Shown: positions 36,798-47,113, counted from the stretch's first letter. The stretch is 64,000 bases of DNA from an uncultured Candidatus Saccharibacteria bacterium (GCA_964356795.1 CAYHIK010000003.1:19004-83003); one strand, 5' to 3'. Numbers and translations: made by a program. The notes: generated by a model not told the origin, from the letters alone.

Positions 36798-38379
36798 GGC
36801 TTGATGGGCGCGGAGTTGCTGACCAAACGAGGGCGCATATTACCGAAAAAAGAAGGAGCACGCGCTCATCAAATACGATGGGATCAGTCATCATATATGC
36901 GAGGAACCATGGCAAGCTGAGGAGCGTACCCGCTGAATAGAGGGTGGCGACACCATCAGATTCACGAAACCATACCCATACATCATGCCAAAGACGTAGA
37001 CAAAGCAGGACCACAACAACGAGAGATGCGACGCCCATTTCGGCGGCAACATGGAGGTAGAGATTGTGAGCCGTAGAGCCTGCTCGTCCGAGCTCGATGT
37101 CCTGCTCGAGAACGACGGGGAAATTTCCTAACCCGACACCAAGGAATGGGTGGCGAGCGATTGATCCTAATGATTGTTTCCAGATTTCGATGCGAAGGGA
37201 GTTCGATGTTTCTCCGAAATCAAGGACGCTCCGGATTCTATTGCCAAACATGGAGATATCTTGTTTTCCAAGGAGGAATTGAGGCGAGATAAAGATGGGC
37301 CATGCAACGCCAAACAATAAGAAGAATGCTATGAGGTATGCGGACGCATACGAAAATAGTTTTTTTCGGAGCTCGGTTATCTGAGATCGCCAGAGTAGCA
37401 TTCGATACAGCAACACCAAGAAGCATGCGACAACCGCGCCGACCCACATCCCGCGAGTGCCAGATAGAATAATGGCCAGATAGGCCGCAGGAACCCAGAG
37501 AATAGACCATGCGGCATAGGTCCGTGCCATCTGCATGAATGACGCATCCTGCGCCTTCCGGATGATGGGTGTGGCGCCAAGCGCGAGAAGTGCAGGGAGG
37601 CCGATGAGCACAAACGATGGAAATGAGTGCGAATCTGGAAAGAGCGAAAATACGCGAAGCGATAATTGATTGCCATAGTACGCAAGCCACGTGTTTCCGA
37701 CGTGCGTGGCGATGTATGACCATTCTGTACCGAACTGATTTCGCTGAATCCCCTCACCCCATATGCGCATGAATTGATACACATCGATGAGGTAGGTTGA
37801 GAGAAGCTGGAGGAATCCAACCACCACTACAATGCGAATGGGCGTGGCAATACTTTCTATGACCCGCTCAACGGAGAGTCGATTCATTCGGATGAGTGCC
37901 CAGAGCGTCATTGGCACAAGCGCTGCGTTCATAATGAGAACGTATCTTTTTATGCCCACCAGTACGTGTGCAGCGTTGAGAAGTGAGAGTGCTGCACCGA
38001 GGGTGAGGATGATGAATATTGTCCCGATGGGATACGCGCGAGCCCATCGGAGGGGTGATGTGTAGAGTAACCGCAATGAACGTGCGAGTGAGGCGCGTAC
38101 TGTGGGTTCCGCAATAAGGCGCGCAAAAATAATGAGTGCGATTGGTCGCCATAGGTTGAAGTTATCAAATGTTGCGCTCAGCGGGAGTGCCGTAAATAAC
38201 GGTATACATTGGACAAACATGAGCACAGCAGACTCGAGCGGGGCGAGTAGCGACCAATATGCAAGCAGAAGCGCTCCAAGGAATATGATTCGTCGATCTA
38301 CGAGGCCCGTGATGACAAGCGCAAAGATGATTGCGTATATGACGTACCATAGTGTGAGGTGTTTGCTTTGGAGCTTCAT
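36784..38379 (-). CDS. O-antigen ligase/polymerase family (Wzy_C domain) polytopic membrane protein
   Basis: About 12 TM helices and a periplasmic loop FLGVGLGNF...AHNLYLHVAAEMG, matching the WaaL/Wzy_C signature. Confidence 0.7.
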   Translation of the reverse strand: MKLQSKHLTLWYVIYAIIFALVITGLVDRRIIFLGALLLAYWSLLAPLESAVLMFVQCIPLFTALPLSATFDNFNLWRPIALIIFARLIAEPTVRASLARSLRLLYTSPLRWARAYPIGTIFIILTLGAALSLLNAAHVLVGIKRYVLIMNAALVPMTLWALIRMNRLSVERVIESIATPIRIVVVVGFLQLLSTYLIDVYQFMRIWGEGIQRNQFGTEWSYIATHVGNTWLAYYGNQLSLRVFSLFPDSHSFPSFVLIGLPALLALGATPIIRKAQDASFMQMARTYAAWSILWVPAAYLAIILSGTRGMWVGAVVACFLVLLYRMLLWRSQITELRKKLFSYASAYLIAFFLLFGVAWPIFISPQFLLGKQDISMFGNRIRSVLDFGETSNSLRIEIWKQSLGSIARHPFLGVGLGNFPVVLEQDIELGRAGSTAHNLYLHVAAEMGVASLVVVVLLCLRLWHDVWVWFRESDGVATLYSAGTLLSLPWFLAYMMTDPIVFDERVLLLFSVICALVWSATPRPSSHAKS

Positions 38380-40349
38380 GTCAGTAATGAGTTAAAAAGA
38401 TCGTGAAGTCGCTGGGCGTGCATGCGCCATGTATATCGGGATGTAATTGAGTGTGCACGAGCTTTGATGCGGGCTCGGAATGCTTCATCTGAAATGCTTT
38501 TCTGTAGAGCCTCTGCAATGAGTGGGACTGTCGGGCGCTCTACAAAACAAGCGCAATCTTCATAGAGCTCTCGGTTCAAATCGGTATTGGCGATAATGGG
38601 AACCACTTCGTATGAGAGGCCTTCCATTGGCGGAAGGCCAAACGCTTCGACTTCTGATACGTATACGATAGCCTTTGCTCCGCGATAGTATCGCTTCAGT
38701 ATATCATCAGATACAAACGACTCGTGGATAATCGCTTCCCGACCGATAGATGTATTTGAATTCGCAATGAGCGAATCAATAATAGGTGGTTCGTATTTAT
38801 CTGGACCAATTACGCAGAGCTTGAGCTCGGGGTAGTTGCGTGCGATAGACGTGAACGCAAGAATTGTCTCGCGGAGATGGCGACGCTCGAGCGCTTGCCC
38901 GACATAGAGGACATACGGACCGTCATGAGCCGCTCCCTCCGCTGGCGTGTCGATTCCAAGGTAGTTCACTGAAATGCGCTCTCGCGGGATAGAAAATAGC
39001 TTTGAGATTGCCCGAGCCGAAGCTGTTGAGATTGCCATGATACGCGTTGCATGTCGCGCAGCCCAACGGCAAAAAATCGAGTATCCAATTCGATAGCGCC
39101 ATGCCCTCCGAGGATTGCGCATCTCGTGCCATACATCCTCGGTAAGCATGACCACGGATGGTGATGGCGCTATCAGTGGCAGCATGTAATTAGGCCAGTA
39201 CATGATGCTTGGACGGTCAAGCCACAGCCGTAGCGGGAGTAGTAGGTAGTAATAGAGGCTAAACGAAATTGGCAATGGAACCCACTCAGGAGCGCGAACG
39301 ATGTGGCATGTGACCGAAGGGTGGCGAGCCCACGGTTCATTGGGTATACGATGCTTGAAGTAGAGGTCGAGATGGAAAGGATGGATCTCGCCGTCACGGG
39401 TTACCTCTTGGAGGTAACCACGAATCATCCGTGCGACACCCCACGAGGTGTCTTCGAGGGACTCGCACTCGATGCCAATGCGGGGCTCTGTGGGGATTCT
39501 CCCCCACCGACCACGTATGAAATCGAGGATACCACTGAGGGTAGCTGAACTTTCTTCTGGATGCTGAGCAAGGAGTATTTTTAATGTTTGGAGTGCGATG
39601 CCGTAGCACATCGCGAACGGTACGAGTAGTCGAATCCACCAAGGACCTCGAAGCCAATTAAATCGCAGTGCATTTCGAGCGTGGTAGCGAATAAGCGTGG
39701 GGTGGCCAAGTTTTTTTGTGCTCTCAGATTCTCGATGAGAAATAATGGGTGACGCAATGTAGCGCACGGGAATCCCCTGCTCCATCGCGCGTAATGAAAA
39801 ATCTGCATCTTCGAAGTAGAGGAAGTACTGCTCATCTATAAGACCAATACGCTTAAATACGTCTCTATGAATACACGCGCCAGCACCAATAACATACGCG
39901 TTGACATGAGAATGCCCGGCGTAGATGTGTGTGAGTGTTGGGCGGAGCCACTTGATAATACCCCCTCGTGCAGTCCTTGATCCCTCGTTGAGTGGTATAC
40001 CGAGCACTGCTGGTTCTGTGGGGAGTTGTTCCCTAAGCTGCTGAATAAAATGCTCGTCAACCTCTGTGTCGTTATTGATGAGGAGTATCCATCGAGCATC
40101 TTGTGAGAGTGCTTTTCGAAGCGCAAGATTGTTGCCCCCGCCAAACCCCCTATTTGATGAGCTCTGAATAAAATCGATTGCGAGCGGAGATGTTGCGATA
40201 TGCGCGCCAAGCAATTCTCGATCTTCGGGCGAGCTGTCATTATCGACGACCATCAGTGTAAATGATGGGTCAGTTTGCTGCTCAAGGCATCGAATGAGCC
40301 GTAGTGTCGCGGGGGCATTATTAAAATTGACCGTAATAAGCGTCAGCAT
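38376..40349 (-). CDS. Bifunctional glycosyltransferase: N-terminal GT2 domain fused to a C-terminal GT4 (GT-B) domain
   Basis: N-terminal LITVNFNN...LMVVDNDSS (GT2). The C-terminal EAFGLPPMEG motif resembles GT4 (E-x7-E region). Confidence 0.7.
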   Translation of the reverse strand: MLTLITVNFNNAPATLRLIRCLEQQTDPSFTLMVVDNDSSPEDRELLGAHIATSPLAIDFIQSSSNRGFGGGNNLALRKALSQDARWILLINNDTEVDEHFIQQLREQLPTEPAVLGIPLNEGSRTARGGIIKWLRPTLTHIYAGHSHVNAYVIGAGACIHRDVFKRIGLIDEQYFLYFEDADFSLRAMEQGIPVRYIASPIISHRESESTKKLGHPTLIRYHARNALRFNWLRGPWWIRLLVPFAMCYGIALQTLKILLAQHPEESSATLSGILDFIRGRWGRIPTEPRIGIECESLEDTSWGVARMIRGYLQEVTRDGEIHPFHLDLYFKHRIPNEPWARHPSVTCHIVRAPEWVPLPISFSLYYYLLLPLRLWLDRPSIMYWPNYMLPLIAPSPSVVMLTEDVWHEMRNPRRAWRYRIGYSIFCRWAARHATRIMAISTASARAISKLFSIPRERISVNYLGIDTPAEGAAHDGPYVLYVGQALERRHLRETILAFTSIARNYPELKLCVIGPDKYEPPIIDSLIANSNTSIGREAIIHESFVSDDILKRYYRGAKAIVYVSEVEAFGLPPMEGLSYEVVPIIANTDLNRELYEDCACFVERPTVPLIAEALQKSISDEAFRARIKARAHSITSRYTWRMHAQRLHDLFNSLLT

Positions 40350-41422
40350 ATGGGCGAGTGTTCAATGAGTGCGCGCATGCGGCCTTGAAATGCTTCCGTT
40401 GTGTACTGGAGTGCGTGTTGTTGAATCTCCTTTGGATGATACTTCGGGAGCGCTTCGCGAATTCTGCGGATGCCATCAACGATTGCCTCTGGAATGCTAT
40501 CGTCAAAAAACTCACCCGTAATCCCTTCAATCACGGATTCCGTTGAGCCGCCCTTGCGGAGTGCGAGCACCGGCTTGCCATGGAGCATCGCCTCGACCGC
40601 GGTGAGTCCCCAGTCCTCTTCATTGGGGACGATAACCGCGGCGCACTCATGATAGAGATTGCTCAGCGCCTCATCTGAGATATGCCCCATAAAAACGACA
40701 TTTGCTCCTGCGGAGCGCTCAAGCGTGCGACGAAGCGGACCATCACCTACCACGATGAGCTTTTCACTCAGCTTTGTGATGGCTTGAATGAGTGCGCCTA
40801 GTTGCTTATGTGGCACGAGTCGAGAAACTACCAGGAGTGGCCCCCGCGGAGCGGTGCTCTCGTGGATAGGAATAAGCGGTTTGCGTGCGGGAGGCGGAAC
40901 AACAATTGATGGGCGTCGATAGAACTTAGCAATACGTTGAGCGACTGTGGATGATATTGCCACAAACTGATCTGGTCTTGTGGATGCGGAGACATCCCAC
41001 GAGCGGAGAGCGTGGCGGAATATACGAGAAAATATACCACTCCGCTCGTACTCTACCGAGCGGTCCCAGAGCATGCGGGTCGGGCTGTAGCAGTATGAGA
41101 CATGATGAGTTCCTGGCCGTACAATGATACCTTTCGCGAATATAACTGATGAGGAGATGACCGTGTCGAATGAGCTGAAGTCGAACGATTCGATCGCGGA
41201 GGGCATAAGGGGTGCGAGTTGGCTGTGATAGCGCCACGCCGATGGAAGTCGCTGTAGACGTGATGCAATAATGGTTGCGTTGGGGATGTGCTCGCGAATC
41301 GTGGACGGATTACAGAGGAGTGTGTAGATGGGGGCATCCGGCCACAATCGATGAAGCTCAATAAGAGCACGTTCTGCGCCTCCAATATCGATAATCCAAT
41401 CATGGACAATGGCAAGTTTCAC
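40343..41422 (-). CDS. Family 4 glycosyltransferase (GT-B, group 1)
   Basis: EDWGLTAVEAMLHGKPV and the GT4 C-terminal domain. Confidence 0.75.
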   Translation of the reverse strand: MKLAIVHDWIIDIGGAERALIELHRLWPDAPIYTLLCNPSTIREHIPNATIIASRLQRLPSAWRYHSQLAPLMPSAIESFDFSSFDTVISSSVIFAKGIIVRPGTHHVSYCYSPTRMLWDRSVEYERSGIFSRIFRHALRSWDVSASTRPDQFVAISSTVAQRIAKFYRRPSIVVPPPARKPLIPIHESTAPRGPLLVVSRLVPHKQLGALIQAITKLSEKLIVVGDGPLRRTLERSAGANVVFMGHISDEALSNLYHECAAVIVPNEEDWGLTAVEAMLHGKPVLALRKGGSTESVIEGITGEFFDDSIPEAIVDGIRRIREALPKYHPKEIQQHALQYTTEAFQGRMRALIEHSPIC

Positions 41423-42423
41423 GATCGTTTTGCGATAACATTCTTCTTATAGATGTCGAGATTCTCAAGCACCTTGCCTGTGCCGCGTGCAACACAGAAG
41501 AGTGGGTCGTCCGCAATGCGTGCGGGTACTCCGGTGACTTTCGTGATGAGCTCGTCGATGTTTCTTAGGAGCGCGCCTCCACCTGACACGATGATACCGC
41601 GGTCCATGATATCCGAGCAAAGCTCAGGCGGAGTGATCTCGAGAACGCTTTTGATGATTTGAAGAATCTCTCGGAGGTGTTCACTCATTGCCTCGGTCAC
41701 TTCGTTGCTGGTGACTTGAATAGTCTTTGGGAGACCCGTGGTGAGGTCGCGTCCTTTGATGTTCAGCGAATCTTCGTGTGCACCACGGAGCGCGCTGCCA
41801 ATATTTATCTTTATAAGTTCGGCGGTGCGATCACCGATTGCGAGGCCATGCTTTTTCTTTATAAATTCAACGATTGATTGATCAAATTTATTTCCACCAA
41901 CGCGCACTGATTGTGACGACACAATGCCACCAAGTGAGATGACGGCGAGCTCGGTAGTGCCCCCTCCGATATTGAGAATCATATTTCCAATAGGATTATT
42001 GATAGGGATTTGCGCTCCTATAGCAGCAAGGACTGGCTCTTTCACGAGGTAGACCGCCTTTGCTCCTGCGGCGAGCGCGCTCTCGATAACAGCACGTTTT
42101 TCAGCGGATGTGATTCCAGCAGGAACAGAGATAAGAACTTCTGGTTTCCAAAAATTAAATACACCGCTCCCCTTCTTAATGAAGTATTTTAGCATCGCTC
42201 CGGTCACGCGATAGTCTGCAACAGCGCCATCAATAAGCGGTCGAACGATTGAGATGCTGTCTGGCGTTCGACCAATCATATCTTTCGCTGAATTTCCAAC
42301 CGCGAGAATTCTATTATCGAGCACGGACACCGCAACGACAGAGGGTTCGTTAATAACGATCCCCTTTTTAGGGAGAAAAACGACAGTATTTGTGGTTCCA
42401 AGATCAATACCTATTTTCCTCAT
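41419..42423 (-). CDS. mreB: Rod-shape-determining actin homolog MreB
   Basis: [13 protein letters not shown] and the actin/Hsp70 fold motifs. 334 aa. Confidence 0.9.
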   Translation of the reverse strand: MRKIGIDLGTTNTVVFLPKKGIVINEPSVVAVSVLDNRILAVGNSAKDMIGRTPDSISIVRPLIDGAVADYRVTGAMLKYFIKKGSGVFNFWKPEVLISVPAGITSAEKRAVIESALAAGAKAVYLVKEPVLAAIGAQIPINNPIGNMILNIGGGTTELAVISLGGIVSSQSVRVGGNKFDQSIVEFIKKKHGLAIGDRTAELIKINIGSALRGAHEDSLNIKGRDLTTGLPKTIQVTSNEVTEAMSEHLREILQIIKSVLEITPPELCSDIMDRGIIVSGGGALLRNIDELITKVTGVPARIADDPLFCVARGTGKVLENLDIYKKNVIAKRS

Positions 42424-42485
42424 AGCGCTTGAATATAGCTGATTATGGGCTTTTTTTCAATCAATTCATAGGGTATACTAGTGAT

Positions 42486-43292
42486 ATGAAAAAGCGGACT
42501 CGTCGTATTCTTTTCTGGATTGCCGTTGCGCTTTTCGCGAGCATCAGTTGGATTGCTCTGAAGTATGCTCAGGGATATGCGTATAACTGGTCAACTGGTG
42601 TATTTGTGCGTACAGGCGCAATCGCAGTTACCACAAATACGGCAGCGACATTCTTCGTAGATGGCCACGAGCTGAAAACATCCTTTATTGGAAATCGTGC
42701 TGGCCGTGATGGCCTTATTCCGGACGTATACGATATTCGTGTTATCCGGGAGGGCTACTCAGGCTGGCGCAAAGACGCCGAGGTTCAGGAGGGTATGCTT
42801 ACCGATTTTCCAAACGTCTTGCTGCTTCCCACTGATGATGAGTCGATACTTGCGCTAAAGCAAGAGGCGTCCAGTTCGCTCCGAGAGTCCGCCACGCTTC
42901 AGCGAGTAGTTTCCATCGTATCGCGTACTGGTAAGAAAACGACCGAAACCACAGATGGCACGTTTTTGCTTCGTGGAGACATGCTCTACGATACCCGAAC
43001 TGCATCGACATCTCTTATTGCAGAGCGAGTGCTTGGGTTCACGGTATCCGATGAGAGCGATGGACTGCTGTGGTGGACCCGAAATGAAGTATGGATCCTC
43101 TGGCTCAAGAATACCAATCAGCAACCATATAGAAACGAAGGAGAGCATCAAATGCTCACTCGATTTTCCGTAAGCATTCAGCGCGCGAGTTGGTTCAGGG
43201 GTTTCACGCACGTGGTAGTGGATGTGGGCAATCAAAGTTATCGTATCGTCGAAACCGATACGCGAGGAGGTGCCAATATTATCAAGCTATAA
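42486..43292 (+). CDS. Hypothetical membrane-anchored protein, possibly with a PEGA-like beta domain
   Basis: Start refined to the ATG at 42486. One TM helix. FFVDGHEL...YDIRVIREGYSGW loosely resembles a PEGA domain. Confidence 0.45.
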   Translation: MKKRTRRILFWIAVALFASISWIALKYAQGYAYNWSTGVFVRTGAIAVTTNTAATFFVDGHELKTSFIGNRAGRDGLIPDVYDIRVIREGYSGWRKDAEVQEGMLTDFPNVLLLPTDDESILALKQEASSSLRESATLQRVVSIVSRTGKKTTETTDGTFLLRGDMLYDTRTASTSLIAERVLGFTVSDESDGLLWWTRNEVWILWLKNTNQQPYRNEGEHQMLTRFSVSIQRASWFRGFTHVVVDVGNQSYRIVETDTRGGANIIKL

Positions 43293-43355
43293 GGGTTCCT
43301 GTCGAAAGATCAAAAAGACCTCCATTGGTGGAGGTCTTTTTGTAAGAGCGTTGGA

Positions 43356-43898
43356 TTAGCGCTTTGCCCAGCGAGGCCCTTTGCGCGCCTTCTTGAGTCC
43401 AGGCTTCTTGCGCTCAACACGTCGTGAGTCGCGAGTAAGGAATCCAGCTTTCTTGAGCTTCTTGCGGAAGTTTGCATCAAAGAGTTCGAGTGCGCGGCTG
43501 ATGCCATGGCGAACAGCGTCTGCTTGCCCGGAAATACCACCACCACGAACAACCGCGGTTACTTTAAAACGATTGAGTGACTTGAGGCGACGAAGGGGCT
43601 CTTCAACGCGACGAAGAAGGTTGGCATCAAGGAAGTATTCAGCGTAGTCCTTGCCATTTACGATCATGAGCGCGAGGTCCTCCTTGAGCGCGTCGCCTGA
43701 CTTACGAGTCATAAGACGAACGCGTGCGACGGCAACCTTGCGCCGACCCACTGACTCGTAGTATTTCTCAACGGCACCCTCAGGAAGTTCTTCGAGCGTT
43801 ACTGGCCCGAGGTCTACATCATCTTCATCTATAACAGTATCGACAAATGTAGTTGTCGGCACGGCTTCATTGATTGGTTCTTGTGTGTTTGCCTTCAT
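43356..43898 (-). CDS. rpsI: 30S ribosomal protein S9 with an acidic N-terminal extension of about 45 aa
   Basis: The C-terminal ...GGGISGQADAVRHGISRAL...KKPGLKKARKGPRWAKR is the canonical S9 end. Confidence 0.85.
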   Translation of the reverse strand: MKANTQEPINEAVPTTTFVDTVIDEDDVDLGPVTLEELPEGAVEKYYESVGRRKVAVARVRLMTRKSGDALKEDLALMIVNGKDYAEYFLDANLLRRVEEPLRRLKSLNRFKVTAVVRGGGISGQADAVRHGISRALELFDANFRKKLKKAGFLTRDSRRVERKKPGLKKARKGPRWAKR

Positions 43899-43900
43899 GA

Positions 43901-44242
43901 TTAAGATACGATCAAGTTACGGAGTAGCATGTCACGCTGTCGGTTCTCAGGAAGCATACCGCGCACTGCAAGGCGGAGCACCTGCTTCTTATCCTTTTCC
44001 CACATCTGCTCAAGTGTACGCTCGCGCATACCACCGGGGAATCCTGAGTGACGATAGTAAATCGTTGACTCGGCCTTTGTACCCTTGAAGACGACTTTGT
44101 CTAGATTATGGACAATCACCTGCACTGACGGCAATGCGTGAGGAGTCCAAGTCGCCGTATCTTTTGCGCGCAACATTACCGCAATTCTACTTGCGACACG
44201 TCCGAGCGCCTGATTTGCTGCATCAATTTCACGAATAATCAT
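43901..44242 (-). CDS. rplM: 50S ribosomal protein L13
   Basis: ALGRVASRIAVMLRAK...VIVHNLDKVVFKGTK...YYRHSGFPGG... Start refined to the ATG at 44242. Confidence 0.85.
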   Translation of the reverse strand: MIIREIDAANQALGRVASRIAVMLRAKDTATWTPHALPSVQVIVHNLDKVVFKGTKAESTIYYRHSGFPGGMRERTLEQMWEKDKKQVLRLAVRGMLPENRQRDMLLRNLIVS

Positions 44243-44249
44243 GGGAGTA

Positions 44250-44594
44250 TTACACAAGCTCAATAAGTGCTGTCTCGGCGGCATCATTCGTGCGACGACC
44301 AAGTCGAACGACACGCGTATATCCACCCTTACGATCTGCAAATCTTGGGGCAATTTCAACACTTAGCTTGCGGGCAACCTCGGCGCCAACCTTCCGGAGC
44401 AATAGGCGACGACTTGCGATAGACTGACGCTTTGCTTGCGTGATAGTCTTATCTGCTTCGGTTTTGAGGGTCTTTGCTCGAGCGAGGGTAGTCTTGATTC
44501 GTCCATGGCTAAACAGCGCAGTTAAGAGCGACTTGATAAAAGCCTTTCGCTGCTGTCGCTGTCTTCCGAAAATGCGCTTATTGCCTCGTTTCAT
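44250..44594 (-). CDS. rplQ: 50S ribosomal protein L17
   Basis: MKRGNKRIFGRQRQQRKAFIKSLLTALFSHGRIKTTLARAK is the canonical L17 N-terminus. Confidence 0.9.
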   Translation of the reverse strand: MKRGNKRIFGRQRQQRKAFIKSLLTALFSHGRIKTTLARAKTLKTEADKTITQAKRQSIASRRLLLRKVGAEVARKLSVEIAPRFADRKGGYTRVVRLGRRTNDAAETALIELV

Positions 44595-44633
44595 GGTGTT
44601 CTATAATATCACGCGAAATCTATTTCGTCCAGA

Positions 44634-45368
44634 CTACTCCCTCTTTGCCTTCTTAGCCTTTTTCGGTGCTTTTTCTTCAGCTACAGGAACAGAAATTTGT
44701 GCTACCGCACTGAAGTGGTCGGTGAGAATTTGCGCAGCTTCCTTCATTGCCTGCTCTGGTTGAATTGCTCCATCGGTCTCGACAGACATCGTCACTTTAT
44801 TGAAGTCAATTCGCTGACCGACACGAACATCATCGATTGTGAAGTTCACGAGTCGAACAGGAGAGAACGCGGCATCAATTGCGATAACGCCAATGGGAAG
44901 CTTTTCTTTCTGGCGCTGATCCGCAGGGACGTATCCACGGCCCTTCTGAATCGTGAGCTCCATGTCCAGCTCAGTTTTCTTATCGGTAATAGTGCAGATA
45001 TGCTGCGTCGAGTCGATGAGCTCTACATCAGATGTGAGCTGGATGTCCGCTCCGGTAACTTCGCTCTCACCTTTTACTTTTAGCGTAATAACCACCGGCT
45101 CCTCGGAAAAACAGCGGAAGCGAAGCTTCTTTAAGTTCAAGATGAGCTCAATGACATCCTCCTGCACTCCCGCGATTGCGCCGAACTCGTGGTCGACGCC
45201 TTTGATTTTAATCGAGGTAACTGCAGCGCCTTCGAGCGAGGAAAGAAGTACGCGACGAAGGGGATTCGCTATGGTAGCTCCATAGCCGGGCATGAGTGGT
45301 CCGATTTCGAACACGGCCATAGTGCCCTCTTTACGTATTACTTTGATTTCTTCTGGTAGCTGTATCAT
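44634..45368 (-). CDS. rpoA: DNA-directed RNA polymerase alpha subunit, N-terminal domain only (no alpha-CTD)
   Basis: The alpha NTD is conserved. The protein is 244 aa and ends in a Lys-rich tail, so the roughly 80-aa C-terminal domain is absent. Confidence 0.85.
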   Translation of the reverse strand: MIQLPEEIKVIRKEGTMAVFEIGPLMPGYGATIANPLRRVLLSSLEGAAVTSIKIKGVDHEFGAIAGVQEDVIELILNLKKLRFRCFSEEPVVITLKVKGESEVTGADIQLTSDVELIDSTQHICTITDKKTELDMELTIQKGRGYVPADQRQKEKLPIGVIAIDAAFSPVRLVNFTIDDVRVGQRIDFNKVTMSVETDGAIQPEQAMKEAAQILTDHFSAVAQISVPVAEEKAPKKAKKAKRE

Positions 45369-45460
45369 GTGCGTGACGCGTTCTTTTTATTCTCCACGAA
45401 TGGTAGGAGGTTCCTTGTCGGTAATTCGTGAAAAAGAATGAGATTACGTCAATTAATTAA

Positions 45461-46105
45461 CTAACGGGAATAGTATTCAATGATTGCCTGGAGGTCGGTA
45501 TTCTGAATGCCGCTCTCTTCGACACTGGGAAGCGCTTTGATGGTCCCGGTTACTGCCTGCTTATCAATCGAAAGCCAGCCCGGACCCGTATACTCGGCAA
45601 ACCAACGCGGCATGAGTGTGCTGAAGTACGGCAAGCTCTTAGACTGTTCGCGAATCGAGATTACATCTCCAACGCGAACCTTGATGGATGGAGTCTTTGC
45701 GCGTTTTCCGTTGAGTAGGATGTGCCCATGGCCAACGACTTGGTGTGCCTGATCGCGAGATTGTGCGAGCCCCATGCGGAATGCAACGTTGTCGAGGCGG
45801 GTTTCGAGAGCTCGAACCACGCCAATGTAGGGAGACTCGTTCTTTGATGCGGCGAGCGCAGTCTTTACGTACGCCTTGAACGGCTTCTCCATCAATCGGT
45901 ACATCTGGCGAACTTTCTGTTTGCTGCGAAGCTGCGTTCCAAATTCGGAAAGCTTTCGCGGGCGACGACCCGAGCCGTGTTGGCCTGGTGGGTAGGGGCG
46001 CTTAGTCAGTGCCGATTTCGGTGAATTCGAACGCTCACCCTTGAGTCCAAGATGCTCACCGAGTCGCCGTTCTATTTTCTCACGTGGTCCGAGATAGCGT
46101 GCCAT
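45461..46105 (-). CDS. rpsD: 30S ribosomal protein S4
   Basis: MARYLGPREKIERRLG... and the S4 domain. 214 aa. Confidence 0.9.
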   Translation of the reverse strand: MARYLGPREKIERRLGEHLGLKGERSNSPKSALTKRPYPPGQHGSGRRPRKLSEFGTQLRSKQKVRQMYRLMEKPFKAYVKTALAASKNESPYIGVVRALETRLDNVAFRMGLAQSRDQAHQVVGHGHILLNGKRAKTPSIKVRVGDVISIREQSKSLPYFSTLMPRWFAEYTGPGWLSIDKQAVTGTIKALPSVEESGIQNTDLQAIIEYYSR

Positions 46106-46116
46106 AGTTCAGTATA

Positions 46117-46569
46117 TTAAATTCGGCGAGGCTTCGGTGACTTCACACCATTGTGAGGCACGGGGGTCGCATCCATGATTGAGGTGATATTGAGCCCGGT
46201 TCCGGCAATTCCACGAATTGCACTCTCACGAGCTGGTCCAACGCCCTTTACAACAATCTTCACGTTCATAAGGCCAAAGCGCTTTGATTTCTCGATTGCA
46301 TCTTTTGCAACAAGGTTTGCGGCATATGGAGTCGACTTTTTGCTTCCCTTGAAACCAAGAAGGCCTGCGCTTGAGAATGCAACAACGTTGCCACCCAAAT
46401 CACTCACCGCAATAAGCGTGTTGTTGTAGGAGATGTTTACGTGCACAACACCATTGAGCACCTGCTTCTTCGAAGAAGCCTTTTTGGTTGCAACTGGCGC
46501 TACCGACTCTTCGGTAACGGGTGCTTCAATTGGTTCGGTTTTCTTGGTTACAGTAGCCATTGGTATCAT
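46117..46569 (-). CDS. rpsK: 30S ribosomal protein S11 with an N-terminal extension
   Basis: VVHVNISYNNTLIAVSDLGGNVV...AANLVAKDA is the S11 core. Confidence 0.9.
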   Translation of the reverse strand: MIPMATVTKKTEPIEAPVTEESVAPVATKKASSKKQVLNGVVHVNISYNNTLIAVSDLGGNVVAFSSAGLLGFKGSKKSTPYAANLVAKDAIEKSKRFGLMNVKIVVKGVGPARESAIRGIAGTGLNITSIMDATPVPHNGVKSPKPRRI

Positions 46570-46952
46570 GTTTTTTCACCAGTCTTTGTGCGGCCCGATC
46601 CCATCGTGTGACGCACGTTCCCGCGCGTTGTGCGGCTATTTGTCTTCGAGCGGCCCTTGAGCGGCAGTCTGCGAGCGAGGCGGGAACCCCTCCAGGAGCC
46701 GATTTCCTTGTAGTGCTTAATATTTGAACCAACCTCCTTTCGAAGGTCTCCTTCGATTTTGTATGCGCGCTCGATGATTTTTTGAATCTTACCTAACTCC
46801 TCACCTGAAAGTTCAGATGCTTTCTTGTCGGGATCAATACCGGCGCTCTTCAAAATAATTCCCGATGTCGTCAATCCGATCCCATAGAGGTACGGCAAAG
46901 AATAGAGGATTTTCTTATTGTCTGGAATTGTGACACCGAAAATACGTGGCAT
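46566..46952 (-). CDS. rpsM: 30S ribosomal protein S13
   Basis: MPRIFGVTIPDNKKILYSLPYLYGIG is the S13 N-terminus. Confidence 0.9.
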   Translation of the reverse strand: MPRIFGVTIPDNKKILYSLPYLYGIGLTTSGIILKSAGIDPDKKASELSGEELGKIQKIIERAYKIEGDLRKEVGSNIKHYKEIGSWRGSRLARRLPLKGRSKTNSRTTRGNVRHTMGSGRTKTGEKT

Positions 46953-46968
46953 GTGAGTATGTTATAGA

Positions 46969-47082
46969 TTAACCCTGGCGCTGTTTGTGCTTCGCAATCT
47001 TGCAGACGCAATACAAACGCTTCTTGCGTCGTACAAGTTTGCAGCTTTTGCACATTGGTTTTACGGATGCTTGTACTTTCAT
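46969..47082 (-). CDS. rpmJ: 50S ribosomal protein L36
   Basis: Reverse-strand translation gives [37 protein letters not shown], the canonical C-x2-C...C-x4-H L36. It was not in the ORF track because it is under 60 aa. Confidence 0.9.
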   Translation of the reverse strand: MKVQASVKPMCKSCKLVRRKKRLYCVCKIAKHKQRQG

Positions 47083-47113
47083 GACAAAAAATTGAACCGC
47101 AACTGAACTATCG

